Positions 11,201 to 24,900 of a stretch of 64,000 nt of DNA are shown here, piece by piece. The notes beneath the pieces were generated by a model, which was not told where the DNA came from, did no database searches, and saw only the letters and a program-made list of their open reading frames with translations. This stretch comes from the human T2T-CHM13v2.0 reference genome, Homo sapiens. The position numbers and the translations under genes were made by a program. The first letter of the stretch is position 1, and each line of letters starts with the position of its first letter. The DNA is taken from the NCBI RefSeq assembly GCF_009914755.1, contig NC_060937.1; one strand, given 5' to 3'.

Positions 11201-14200
11201 CAGAATCCACAAAAAGAGTGTTTCAAAACTGCTCTATCAATAGAAAGGTTCAACTCTTTTAGTTGAGTACACACATCACAAACAAGTTTCTGAGAATGCT
11301 TCTGTCTGGCTTTTATTGGAAGACGTTTCCTTTTCACCAAAGGCATCAAAGCGCTCCAAATGTCCACTTCCAGATTCTTCCAAAAGAGTGTTTGAAACGT
11401 GCTCAAAGTAAGGGAATGTTCAACTCTGTGACTTGAATGCAGATATCACCAAGTAGTTTCTAATAGTGCTTCTGTCTAGATTTTAGATGATGATATTCCC
11501 GTTTCCAACGAAATCGTTAGAGCTATCCAAATATCCACTTACAGTTGCTACAAAAACAGTGTTTCCAAACTGCTGCATCAAAAGAAAGGTTCAACTCTGT
11601 TAGTTGAGGACACACGTCACAAAGAAGTTTGTGAGAATGCTTCTGTCTAGATTTTGTATGACGATATTCCCTTTTCCAACGATATCGTTAAAGCAATCTA
11701 AATATCCATTTGCAGAATCCACAAAAATAGAGTTTCAAAGCTGCTCTGTAAAAAGAAAGGTTCCACTCTGTTAGCTGAGTACACACATCACAAACTTGTT
11801 TCTCAGAATCCTTCTGTCTCGTTTTTCTGGGAAGATATTTACTTTTTCACCGTAGGCATCAAAGCGCTCCAAATGTCCACATCCAGATACTCCAGAAAGA
11901 GTGTTTCAAACCTGCTCTATGAAAGGGAATCTTCAACTCTATGAGTTGAATGCAGACATCAGAAAGAAATTTCTGAGAATGCTGCTGTCTACCTTTTATT
12001 TGAATTCCCGCTTCCAACGAAATCCTCCAAGCTATCCAAATATCCACTTGCAGATTCCACAAAAAGAGTGTTTCAAAACTGCTCTCTATCAATGGCAAAG
12101 TTCAACTCTGTTAGTTGAGGACACATATCACCAACAAGTTTCTGAGAATGCTTCTGTCTATTTTTTATGGGAAGATATTTCCTTTTTCACCGTAGGCGTC
12201 AAGGCGATCGAAATGTCCACTTCCACAAACTACAAAAAGAGTGTTTCAAACCTGCTCTATGAAAGGCCATGTTCATCTCTATGAGTCGAATGGAAATATC
12301 CGAAAGAAATTTCTGGGAATGCTGCTGTCTAGTTTTTATACGAATTCCCGCTTCCAACGAAATCCTCAAAGCAATCCAAATATCCACTTGCAGAATCCAC
12401 AAAAAGAGTGTTTCAAAACTGCTCTATCAATAGAAAGGTTCAACTCTTTTAGTTGAGTACACACATCACAAACAAGTTTCTGAGAATGCTTCTGTCTGGC
12501 TTTTATTGGAAGACGTTTCCTTTTCACCAAAGGCATCAAAGCGCTCCAAATGTCCACTTCCAGATTCTTCCAAAAGAGTGTTTGAAACGTGCTCAAAGTA
12601 AGGGAATGTTCAACTCTGTGACTTGAATGCAGATATCACCAAGTAGTTTCTAATAGTGCTTCTGTCTAGATTTTAGATGATGATATTCCCGTTTCCAACG
12701 AAATCGTTAGAGCTATCCAAATATCCACTTACAGTTTCTACAAAAAGAGTGTTTCCAAACTGCTGCATCAAAAGAAAGGTTCAACTCTGTTAGTTGAGGA
12801 CACACGTCACAAAGAAGTTTGTGAGCATGCTTCTGTCTAGATTTTGTATGACGATATTCCCTTTTCCAGCGATATGATTAAAGCAATCTAAATATCCATT
12901 TGCAGAATCCACAAAAATAGAGTTTCAAAGCTGCTCTGTAAAAAGAAAGGTTCCACTCTGTTAGCTGAGTACACACATCACAAACTTGTTTCTCAGAATC
13001 CTTCTGTCTCGTTTTTATGGGAAGATATTTACTTTTTCACCGTAGGCATCAAAGCGCTCCAAATGTCCACATCCAGATACTCCAGAAAGAGTGTTTCAAA
13101 CCTGCTCTATGAAAGGGAATCTTCAACTCTATGAGTTGAATGCAGACATCAGAAAGAAATTTCTGAGAATGCTGCTGTCTACCTTTTATTTGAATTCCCG
13201 CTTCCAACGAAATCCTCCAAGCTATCCAAATATCCACCTGCATTTTCCACAAAAAGAGCGTTTCAAAACTGCTCTATCAATAGAAATGTTCAACTCCTTT
13301 GGCTGGGTACACACATCACAAACAAGTTTCTGAGAATGCTTCTGTCTAGTTTTTATGGGAAGACATTCCCTTTTTCACCAAAGGCATCAAAGCGCTCCAA
13401 ATGTCCACTTCCAGACACTACAAAAAGAGTGTTTCCAACGTGCTCTAAGAAAGCGAATGTTCAACTCTGTGACTTGAATGCAGATATCACAAAGTAGTTT
13501 CTGAGAGGGCTTCTGTCTAGATTTTAGATGATGATATTCCCGTTTCCAACGAAATCATTAGAGCTATCCAAATATCCACTTACAGTTTCTACAAAAAGAG
13601 TATTTCCAAACTGCTGCATCAAAAGAGAGGTTCCACTCTGTTAGCTGAGTACACACATCACAAACTTGTTTCTCAGAATCCTTCTGTCTCGTTTTTCTGG
13701 GAAGATATTTACTTTTTCACCGTAGGCATCAAAGCGCTCCAAATGTCCACATCCAGATACTCCAGAAAGAGTGTTTCAAACCTGCTCTATGAAAGGGAAT
13801 CTTCAACTCTATGAGTTGAATGCAGACATCAGAAAGAAATTTCTGAGAATGCTGCTGTCTACCTTTTATTTGAATTCCCGCTTCCAACGAAATCCTCCAA
13901 GCTATCCAAATATCCACTTGCAGATTCCACAAAAAGAGTGTTTCAAAACTGCTCTCTATCAATGGCAAAGTTCAACTCTGTTAGTTGAGGACACATATCA
14001 CCAACAAGTTTCTGAGAATGCTTCTGTCTATTTTTTATGGGAAGATATTTCCTTTTTCACCGTAGGCGTCAAGGCGATCGAAATGTCCACTTCCACAAAC
14101 TACAAAAAGAGTGTTTCAAACCTGCTCTATGAAAGGCCATGTTCATCTCTATGAGTCGAATGGAAATATCCGAAAGAAATTTCTGGGAATGCTGCTGTCT

Positions 14201-17200
14201 AGTTTTTATACGAATTCCCGCTTCCAACGAAATCCTCAAAGCAATCCAAATATCCACTTGCAGAATCCACAAAAAGAGTGTTTCAAAACTGCTCTATCAA
14301 TAGAAAGGTTCAACTCTTTTAGTTGAGTACACACATCACAAACAAGTTTCTGAGAATGCTTCTGTCTGGCTTTTATTGGAAGACGTTTCCTTTTCACCAA
14401 AGGCATCAAAGCGCTCCAAATGTCCACTTCCAGATTCTTCCAAAAGAGTGTTTGAAACGTGCTCAAAGTAAGGGAATGTTCAACTCTGTGACTTGAATGC
14501 AGATATCACCAAGTAGTTTCTAATAGTGCTTCTGTCTAGATTTTAGATGATGATATTCCCGTTTCCAACGAAATCGTTAGAGCTATCCAAATATCCACTT
14601 ACAGTTGCTACAAAAACAGTGTTTCCAAACTGCTGCATCAAAAGAAAGGTTCAACTCTGTTAGTTGAGGACACACGTCACAAAGAAGTTTGTGAGAATGC
14701 TTCTGTCTAGATTTTGTATGACGATATTCCCTTTTCCAACGATATCGTTAAAGCAATCTAAATATCCATTTGCAGAATCCACAAAAATAGAGTTTCAAAG
14801 CTGCTCTGTAAAAAGAAAGGTTCCACTCTGTTAGCTGAGTGCACACATCACAAACTTGTTTCTGAGAATCCTTCTGTCTCGTTTTTATGGGAAGATATTT
14901 ACTTTTTCACCGTAGGCATCAAAGCGCTCCAAATGTCCACATCCAGATACTCCAGAAAGAGTGTTTCAAACCTGCTCTATGAAAGGGAATCTTCAACTCT
15001 ATGAGTTGAATGCAGACATCAGAAAGAAATTTCTGAGAATGCTGCTGTCTACCTTTTATTTGAATTCCCGCTTCCAACGAAATCCTCCAAGCTATCCAAA
15101 TATCCACTTGCAGATTCCACAAAAAGAGTGTTTCAAAACTGCTCTCTATCAATGGCAAAGTTCAACTCTGTTAGTTGAGGACACATATCACCAACAAGTT
15201 TCTGAGAATGCTTCTGTCTATTTTTTATGGGAAGATATTTCCTTTTTCACCGTAGGCGTCAAGGCGATCGAAATGTCCACTTCCACAAACTACAAAAAGA
15301 GTGTTTCAAACCTGCTCTATGAAAGGCCATGTTCATCTCTATGAGTCGAATGGAAATATCCGAAAGAAATTTCTGGGAATGCTGCTGTCTAGTTTTTATA
15401 CGAATTCCCGCTTCCAACGAAATCCTCAAAGCAATCCAAATATCCACTTGCAGAATCCACAAAAAGAGTGTTTCAAAACTGCTCTATCAATAGAAAGGTT
15501 CAACTCTTTTAGTTGAGTACACACATCACAAACAAGTTTCTGAGAATGCTTCTGTCTGGCTTTTATTGGAAGACGTTTCCTTTTCACCAAAGGCATCAAA
15601 GCGCTCCAAATGTCCACTTCCAGATTCTTCCAAAAGAGTGTTTGAAACGTGCTCAAAGTAAGGGAATGTTCAACTCTGTGACTTGAATGCAGATATCACC
15701 AAGTAGTTTCTAATAGTGCTTCTGTCTAGATTTTAGATGATGATATTCCCGTTTCCAACGAAATCGTTAGAGCTATCCAAATATCCACTTACAGTTTCTA
15801 CAAAAAGAGTGTTTCCAAACTGCTGCATCAAAAGAAAGGTTCAACTCTGTTAGTTGAGGACACACATCACAAAGAAGTTTGTGAGAATGCTTCTGTCTAG
15901 ATTTTGTATGACGATATTCCCTTTTCCAACGATATCGTTAAAGCAATCTAAATATCCATTTGCAGAATCCACAAAAATAGAGTTTCAAAGCTGCTCTGTA
16001 AAAAGAAAGGTTCCACTCTGTTAGCTGAGTACACACATCACAAACTTGTTTCTCAGAATCCTTCTGTGTCGTTTTTCTGGGAAGATATTTACTTTTTCAC
16101 CGTAGGCATCAAAGCGCTCCAAATGTCCACATCCAGATACTCCAGAAAGAGTGTTTCAAACCTGCTCTATGAAAGGGAATCTTCAACTCTATGAGTTGAA
16201 TGCAGACATCAGAAAGAAATTTCTGAGAATGCTGCTGTCTACCTTTTATTTGAATTCCCGCTTCCAACGAAATCCTCCAAGCTATCCAAATATCCACTTG
16301 CAGATTCCACAAAAAGAGTGTTTCAAAACTGCTCTCTATCAATGGCAAAGTTCAACTCTGTTAGTTGAGGACACATATCACCAACAAGTTTCTGAGAATG
16401 CTTCTGTCTATTTTTTATGGGAAGATATTTCCTTTTTCACCGTAGGCGTCAAGGCGATCGAAATGTCCACTTCCACAAACTACAAAAAGAGTGTTTCAAA
16501 CCTGCTCTATGAAAGGCCATGTTCATCTCTATGAGTCGAATGGAAATATCCGAAAGAAATTTCTGGGAATGCTGCTGTCTAGTTTTTATACGAATTCCCG
16601 CTTCCAACGAAATCCTCAAAGCAATCCAAATATCCACTTGCAGAATCCACAAAAAGAGTGTTTCAAAACTGCTCTATCAATAGAAAGGTTCAACTCTTTT
16701 AGTTGAGTACACACATCACAAACAAGTTTCTGAGAATGCTTCTGTCTGGCTTTTATTGGAAGACGTTTCCTTTTCACCAAAGGCATCAAAGCGCTCCAAA
16801 TGTCCACTTCCAGATTCTTCCAAAAGAGTGTTTGAAACGTGCTCAAAGTAAGGGAATGTTCAACTCTGTGACTTGAATGCAGATATCACCAAGTAGTTTC
16901 TAATAGTGCTTCTGTCTAGATTTTAGATGATGATATTCCCGTTTCCAACGAAATCGTTAGAGCTATCCAAATATCCACTTACAGTTGCTACAAAAACAGT
17001 GTTTCCAAACTGCTGCATCAAAAGAAAGGTTCAACTCTGTTAGTTGAGGACACACGTCACAAAGAAGTTTGTGAGAATGCTTCTGTCTAGATTTTGTATG
17101 ACGATATTCCCTTTTCCAACGATATCGTTAAAGCAATCTAAATATCCATTTGCAGAATCCACAAAAATAGAGTTTCAAAGCTGCTCTGTAAAAAGAAAGG

Positions 17201-18918
17201 TTCCACTCTGTTAGCTGAGTACACACATCACAAACTTGTTTCTCAGAATCCTTCTGTCTCGTTTTTCTGGGAAGATATTTACTTTTTCACCGTAGGCATC
17301 AAAGCGCTCCAAATGTCCACATCCAGATACTCCAGAAAGAGTGTTTCAAACCTGCTCTATGAAAGGGAATCTTCAACTCTATGAGTTGAATGCAGACATC
17401 AGAAAGAAATTTCTGAGAATGCTGCTGTCTACCTTTTATTTGAATTCCCGCTTCCAACGAAATCCTCCAAGCTATCCAAATATCCACTTGCAGATTCCAC
17501 AAAAAGAGTGTTTCAAAACTGCTCTCTATCAATGGCAAAGTTCAACTCTGTTAGTTGAGGACACATATCACCAACAAGTTTCTGAGAATGCTTCTGTCTA
17601 TTTTTTATGGGAAGATATTTCCTTTTTCACCGTAGGCGTCAAGGCGATCGAAATGTCCACTTCCACAAACTACAAAAAGAGTGTTTCAAACCTGCTCTAT
17701 GAAAGGCCATGTTCATCTCTATGAGTCGAATGGAAATATCCGAAAGAAATTTCTGGGAATGCTGCTGTCTAGTTTTTATACGAATTCCCGCTTCCAACGA
17801 AATCCTCAAAGCAATCCAAATATCCACTTGCAGAATCCACAAAAAGAGTGTTTCAAAACTGCTCTATCAATAGAAAGGTTCAACTCTTTTAGTTGAGTAC
17901 ACACATCACAAACAAGTTTCTGAGAATGCTTCTGTCTGGCTTTTATTGGAAGACGTTTCCTTTTCACCAAAGGCATCAAAGCGCTCCAAATGTCCACTTC
18001 CAGATTCTTCCAAAAGAGTGTTTGAAACGTGCTCAAAGTAAGGGAATGTTCAACTCTGTGACTTGAATGCAGATATCACCAAGTAGTTTCTAATAGTGCT
18101 TCTGTCTAGATTTTAGATGATGATATTCCCGTTTCCAACGAAATCGTTAGAGCTATCCAAATATCCACTTACAGTTTCTACAAAAAGAGTGTTTCCAAAC
18201 TGCTGCATCAAAAGAAAGGTTCAACTCTGTTAGTTGAGGACACACGTCACAAAGAAGTTTGTGAGCATGCTTCTGTCTAGATTTTGTATGACGATATTCC
18301 CTTTTCCAGCGATATGATTAAAGCAATCTAAATATCCATTTGCAGAATCCACAAAAATAGAGTTTCAAAGCTGCTCTGTAAAAAGAAAGGTTCCACTCTG
18401 TTAGCTGAGTACACACATCACAAACTTGTTTCTCAGAATCCTTCTGTCTCGTTTTTATGGGAAGATATTTACTTTTTCACCGTAGGCATCAAAGCGCTCC
18501 AAATGTCCACATCCAGATACTCCAGAAAGAGTGTTTCAAACCTGCTCTATGAAAGGGAATCTTCAACTCTATGAGTTGAATGCAGACATCAGAAAGAAAT
18601 TTCTGAGAATGCTGCTGTCTACCTTTTATTTGAATTCCCGCTTCCAACGAAATCCTCCAAGCTATCCAAATATCCACCTGCATTTTCCACAAAAAGAGCG
18701 TTTCAAAACTGCTCTATCAATAGAAATGTTCAACTCCTTTGGCTGGGTACACACATCACAAACAAGTTTCTGAGAATGCTTCTGTCTAGTTTTTATGGGA
18801 AGACATTCCCTTTTTCACCAAAGGCATCAAAGCGCTCCAAATGTCCACTTCCAGACACTACAAAAAGAGTGTTTCCAACGTGCTCTAAGAAAGCGAATGT
18901 TCAACTCTGTGACTTGAA
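7555..18918. repeat. Recent tandem duplication, 5440-bp period (7,7,7,11b = 32 monomers), ~2.1 copies
   Basis: Rare SNVs are paired exactly 5440 bp apart: 9401/14841, 12826/18266 and 12876/18316. The bounding mismatches are 7554/12994 and 13479/18919. Confidence 0.9.
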
Positions 18919-21900
18919 AGCAGATATCACAAAGTAGTTTCTGAGAGGGCTTCTGTCTAGATTTTAGATGATGATATTCCCGTTTCCAACGAAATCATTA
19001 GAGCTATCCAAATATCCACTTACAGTTTCTACAAAAAGAGTGTTTCCAAACTGCTGCATCAAAAGAGAGGTTCCACTCTGTTAGCTGAGTACACACATCA
19101 CAAACTTGTTTCTGAGAATCCTTCTGTGTCGTTTTTATGGGAAGATATTTACTTTTTCACCGTAGGCATCAAAGCGCTCCAAATGTCCACATCCAGATAC
19201 TCCAGAAAGAGTGTTTCAAACCTGCTCTATGAAAGGGAATCTTCAACTCTATGAGTTGAATGCAGACATCAGAAAGAAATTTCTGAGAATGCTGCTGTCT
19301 ACCTTTTATTTGAATTCCCGCTTCCAACGAAATCCTCCAAGCTATCCAAATATCCACTTGCAGATTCCACAAAAAGAGTGTTTCAAAACTGCTCTCTATC
19401 AATGGCAAAGTTCAACTCTGTTAGTTGAGGACACATATCACCAACAAGTTTCTGAGAATGCTTCTGTCTATTTTTTATGGGAAGATATTTCCTTTTTCAC
19501 CGTAGGCGTCAAGGCGATCGAAATGTCCACTTCCACAAACTACAAAAAGAGTGTTTCAAACCTGCTCTATGAAAGGCCATGTTCATCTCTATGAGTCGAA
19601 TGGAAATATCCGAAAGAAATTTCTGGGAATGCTGCTGTCTAGTTTTTATACGAATTCCCGCTTCCAACGAAATCCTCAAAGCAATCCAAATATCCACTTG
19701 CAGAATCCACAAAAAGAGTGTTTCAAAACTGCTCTATCAATAGAAAGGTTCAACTCTTTTAGTTGAGTACACACATCACAAACAAGTTTCTGAGAATGCT
19801 TCTGTCTGGCTTTTATTGGAAGACGTTTCCTTTTCACCAAAGGCATCAAAGCGCTCCAAATGTCCACTTCCAGATTCTTCCAAAAGAGTGTTTGAAACGT
19901 GCTCAAAGTAAGGGAATGTTCAACTCTGTGACTTGAATGCAGATATCACCAAGTAGTTTCTAATAGTGCTTCTGTCTAGATTTTAGATGATGATATTCCC
20001 GTTTCCAACGAAATCGTTAGAGCTATCCAAATATCCACTTACAGTTGCTACAAAAACAGTGTTTCCAAACTGCTGCATCAAAAGAAAGGTTCAACTCTGT
20101 TAGTTGAGGACACACGTCACAAAGAAGTTTGTGAGAATGCTTCTGTCTAGATTTTGTATGACGATATTCCCTTTTCCAACGATATCGTTAAAGCAATCTA
20201 AATATCCATTTGCAGAATCCACAAAAATAGAGTTTCAAAGCTGCTCTGTAAAAAGAAAGGTTCCACTCTGTTAGCTGAGTACACACATCACAAACTTGTT
20301 TCTCAGAATCCTTCTGTCTCGTTTTTCTGGGAAGATATTTACTTTTTCACCGTAGGCATCAAAGCGCTCCAAATGTCCACATCCAGATACTCCAGAAAGA
20401 GTGTTTCAAACCTGCTCTATGAAAGGGAATCTTCAACTCTATGAGTTGAATGCAGACATCAGAAAGAAATTTCTGAGAATGCTGCTGTCTACCTTTTATT
20501 TGAATTCCCGCTTCCAACGAAATCCTCCAAGCTATCCAAATATCCACTTGCAGATTCCACAAAAAGAGTGTTTCAAAACTGCTCTCTATCAATGGCAAAG
20601 TTCAACTCTGTTAGTTGAGGACACATATCACCAACAAGTTTCTGAGAATGCTTCTGTCTATTTTTTATGGGAAGATATTTCCTTTTTCACCGTAGGAGTC
20701 AAGGCGATCGAAATGTCCACTTCCACAAACTACAAAAAGAGTGTTTCAAACCTGCTCTATGAAAGGCCATGTTCATCTCTATGAGTCGAATGGAAATATC
20801 CGAAAGAAATTTCTGGGAATGCTGCTGTCTAGTTTTTATACGAATTCCCGCTTCCAACGAAATCCTCAAAGCAATCCAAATATCCACTTGCAGAATCCAC
20901 AAAAAGAGTGTTTCAAAACTGCTCTATCAATAGAAAGGTTCAACTCTTTTAGTTGAGTACACACATCACAAACAAGTTTCTGAGAATGCTTCTGTCTGGC
21001 TTTTATTGGAAGACGTTTCCTTTTCACCAAAGGCATCAAAGCGCTCCAAATGTCCACTTCCAGATTCTTCCAAAAGAGTGTTTGAAACGTGCTCAAAGTA
21101 AGGGAATGTTCAACTCTGTGACTTGAATGCAGATATCACCAAGTAGTTTCTAATAGTGCTTCTGTCTAGATTTTAGATGATGATATTCCCGTTTCCAACG
21201 AAATCGTTAGAGCTATCCAAATATCCACTTACAGTTTCTACAAAAAGAGTGTTTCCAAACTGCTGCATCAAAAGAAAGGTTCAACTCTGTTAGTTGAGGA
21301 CACACATCACAAAGAAGTTTGTGAGAATGCTTCTGTCTAGATTTTGTATGACCATATTCCCTTTTCCAGCGATATCATTAAAGCAATCTAAATATCCATT
21401 TGCAGAATCCACAAAAATAGAGTTTCAAAGCTGCTCTGTAAAAAGAAAGGTTCCACTCTGTTAGCTGAGTACACACATCACAAACTTGTTTCTCAGCATC
21501 CTTCTGTCTCGTTTTTCTGGGAAGATATTTACTTTTTCACCGTAGGCATCAAAGCGCTCCAAATGTCCACATCCAGATACTCCAGAAAGAGTGTTTCAAA
21601 CCTGCTCTATGAAAGGGAATCTTCAACTCTATGAGTTGAATGCAGACATCAGAAAGAAATTTCTGAGAATGCTGCTGTCTACCTTTTATTTGAACTCCCG
21701 CTTCCAACGAAATCCTCCAAACTATCCAAATATCCACTTGCATTTTCCACAAAAAGAGTGCTTCAAAACTGCTCTATCAATAAATGTTCAACTCCTTTAG
21801 CTGGGTGCACACATCACAAACAAGTTTCTGAGAATGCTTCTGTCTAGTTTTTATGGGAAGACATTCCCTTTTTCACCAAAGGCATCAAAGCGCTCCAAAT

Positions 21901-24900
21901 GTCCACTTCCAGACACTACAAAAAGAGTGTTTCCAACGTGCTCTAAGAAAGCGAATGTTCAACTCTGTGACTTGAATGCAGATATCACAAAGTAGTTTCT
22001 GAGAGGGCTTCTGTCTAGATTTTAGATGATGATATTCCCGTTTCCAACGAAATCATTAGAGCTATCCAAATATCCACTTACAGTTTCTACAAAAAGAGTG
22101 TTTCCAAACTGCTGCATCAAAAGAGAGGTTCCACTCTGTTAGCTGAGTACACACATCACAAACTTGTTTCTGAGAATCCTTCTGTGTCGTTTTTATGGGA
22201 AGATATTTACTTTTTCACCGTAGGCATCAAAGCGCTCCAAATGTCCACATCCAGATACTCCAGAAAGAGTGTTTCAAACCTGCTCTATGAAAGGGAATCT
22301 TCAACTCTATGAGTTGAATGCAGACATCAGAAAGAAATTTCTGAGAATGCTGCTGTCTACCTTTTATTTGAATTCCCGCTTCCAACGAAATCCTCCAAGC
22401 TATCCAAATATCCACTTGCAGATTCCACAAAAAGAGTGTTTCAAAACTGCTCTCTATCAATGGCAAAGTTCAACTCTGTTAGTTGAGGACACATATCACC
22501 AACAAGTTTCTGAGAATGCTTCTGTCTATTTTTTATGGGAAGATATTTCCTTTTTCACCGTAGGCGTCAAGGCGATCGAAATGTCCACTTCCACAAACTA
22601 CAAAAAGAGTGTTTCAAACCTGCTCTATGAAAGGCCATGTTCATCTCTATGAGTCGAATGGAAATATCCGAAAGAAATTTCTGGGAATGCTGCTGTCTAG
22701 TTTTTATACGAATTCCCGCTTCCAACGAAATCCTCAAAGCAATCCAAATATCCACTTGCAGAATCCACAAAAAGAGTGTTTCAAAACTGCTCTATCAATA
22801 GAAAGGTTCAACTCTTTTAGTTGAGTACACACATCACAAACAAGTTTCTGAGAATGCTTCTGTCTGGCTTTTATTGGAAGACGTTTCCTTTTCACCAAAG
22901 GCATCAAAGCGCTCCAAATGTCCACTTCCAGATTCTTCCAAAAGAGTGTTTGAAACGTGCTCAAAGTAAGGGAATGTTCAACTCTGTGACTTGAATGCAG
23001 ATATCACCAAGTAGTTTCTAATAGTGCTTCTGTCTAGATTTTAGATGATGATATTCCCGTTTCCAACGAAATCGTTAGAGCTATCCAAATATCCACTTAC
23101 AGTTGCTACAAAAACAGTGTTTCCAAACTGCTGCATCAAAAGAAAGGTTCAACTCTGTTAGTTGAGGACACACGTCACAAAGAAGTTTGTGAGAATGCTT
23201 CTGTCTAGATTTTGTATGACGATATTCCCTTTTCCAACGATATCGTTAAAGCAATCTAAATATCCATTTGCAGAATCCACAAAAATAGAGTTTCAAAGCT
23301 GCTCTGTAAAAAGAAAGGTTCCACTCTGTTAGCTGAGTACACACATCACAAACTTGTTTCTCAGAATCCTTCTGTCTCGTTTTTCTGGGAAGATATTTAC
23401 TTTTTCACCGTAGGCATCAAAGCGCTCCAAATGTCCACATCCAGATACTCCAGAAAGAGTGTTTCAAACCTGCTCTATGAAAGGGAATCTTCAACTCTAT
23501 GAGTTGAATGCAGACATCAGAAAGAAATTTCTGAGAATGCTGCTGTCTACCTTTTATTTGAATTCCCGCTTCCAACGAAATCCTCCAAGCTATCCAAATA
23601 TCCACTTGCAGATTCCACAAAAAGAGTGTTTCAAAACTGCTCTCTATCAATGGCAAAGTTCAACTCTGTTAGTTGAGGACACATATCACCAACAAGTTTC
23701 TGAGAATGCTTCTGTCTATTTTTTATGGGAAGATATTTCCTTTTTCACCGTAGGCGTCAAGGCGATCGAAATGTCCACTTCCACAAACTACAAAAAGAGT
23801 GTTTCAAACCTGCTCTATGAAAGGCCATGTTCATCTCTATGAGTCGAATGGAAATATCCGAAAGAAATTTCTGGGAATGCTGCTGTCTAGTTTTTATACG
23901 AATTCCCGCTTCCAACGAAATCCTCAAAGCAATCCAAATATCCACTTGCAGAATCCACAAAAAGAGTGTTTCAAAACTGCTCTATCAATAGAAAGGTTCA
24001 ACTCTTTTAGTTGAGTACACACATCACAAACAAGTTTCTGAGAATGCTTCTGTCTGGCTTTTATTGGAAGACGTTTCCTTTTCACCAAAGGCATCAAAGC
24101 GCTCCAAATGTCCACTTCCAGATTCTTCCAAAAGAGTGTTTGAAACGTGCTCAAAGTAAGGGAATGTTCAACTCTGTGACTTGAATGCAGATATCACCAA
24201 GTAGTTTCTAATAGTGCTTCTGTCTAGATTTTAGATGATGATATTCCCGTTTCCAACGAAATCGTTAGAGCTATCCAAATATCCACTTACAGTTGCTACA
24301 AAAACAGTGTTTCCAAACTGCTGCATCAAAAGAAAGGTTCAACTCTGTTAGTTGAGGACACACGTCACAAAGAAGTTTGTGAGAATGCTTCTGTCTAGAT
24401 TTTGTATGACGATATTCCCTTTTCCAACGATATCGTTAAAGCAATCTAAATATCCATTTGCAGAATCCACAAAAATAGAGTTTCAAAGCTGCTCTGTAAA
24501 AAGAAAGGTTCCACTCTGTTAGCTGAGTACACACATCACAAACTTGTTTCTCAGAATCCTTCTGTCTCGTTTTTCTGGGAAGATATTTACTTTTTCACCG
24601 TAGGCATCAAAGCGCTCCAAATGTCCACATCCAGATACTCCAGAAAGAGTGTTTCAAACCTGCTCTATGAAAGGGAATCTTCAACTCTATGAGTTGAATG
24701 CAGACATCAGAAAGAAATTTCTGAGAATGCTGCTGTCTACCTTTTATTTGAATTCCCGCTTCCAACGAAATCCTCCAAGCTATCCAAATATCCACTTGCA
24801 GATTCCACAAAAAGAGTGTTTCAAAACTGCTCTCTATCAATGGCAAAGTTCAACTCTGTTAGTTGAGGACACATATCACCAACAAGTTTCTGAGAATGCT

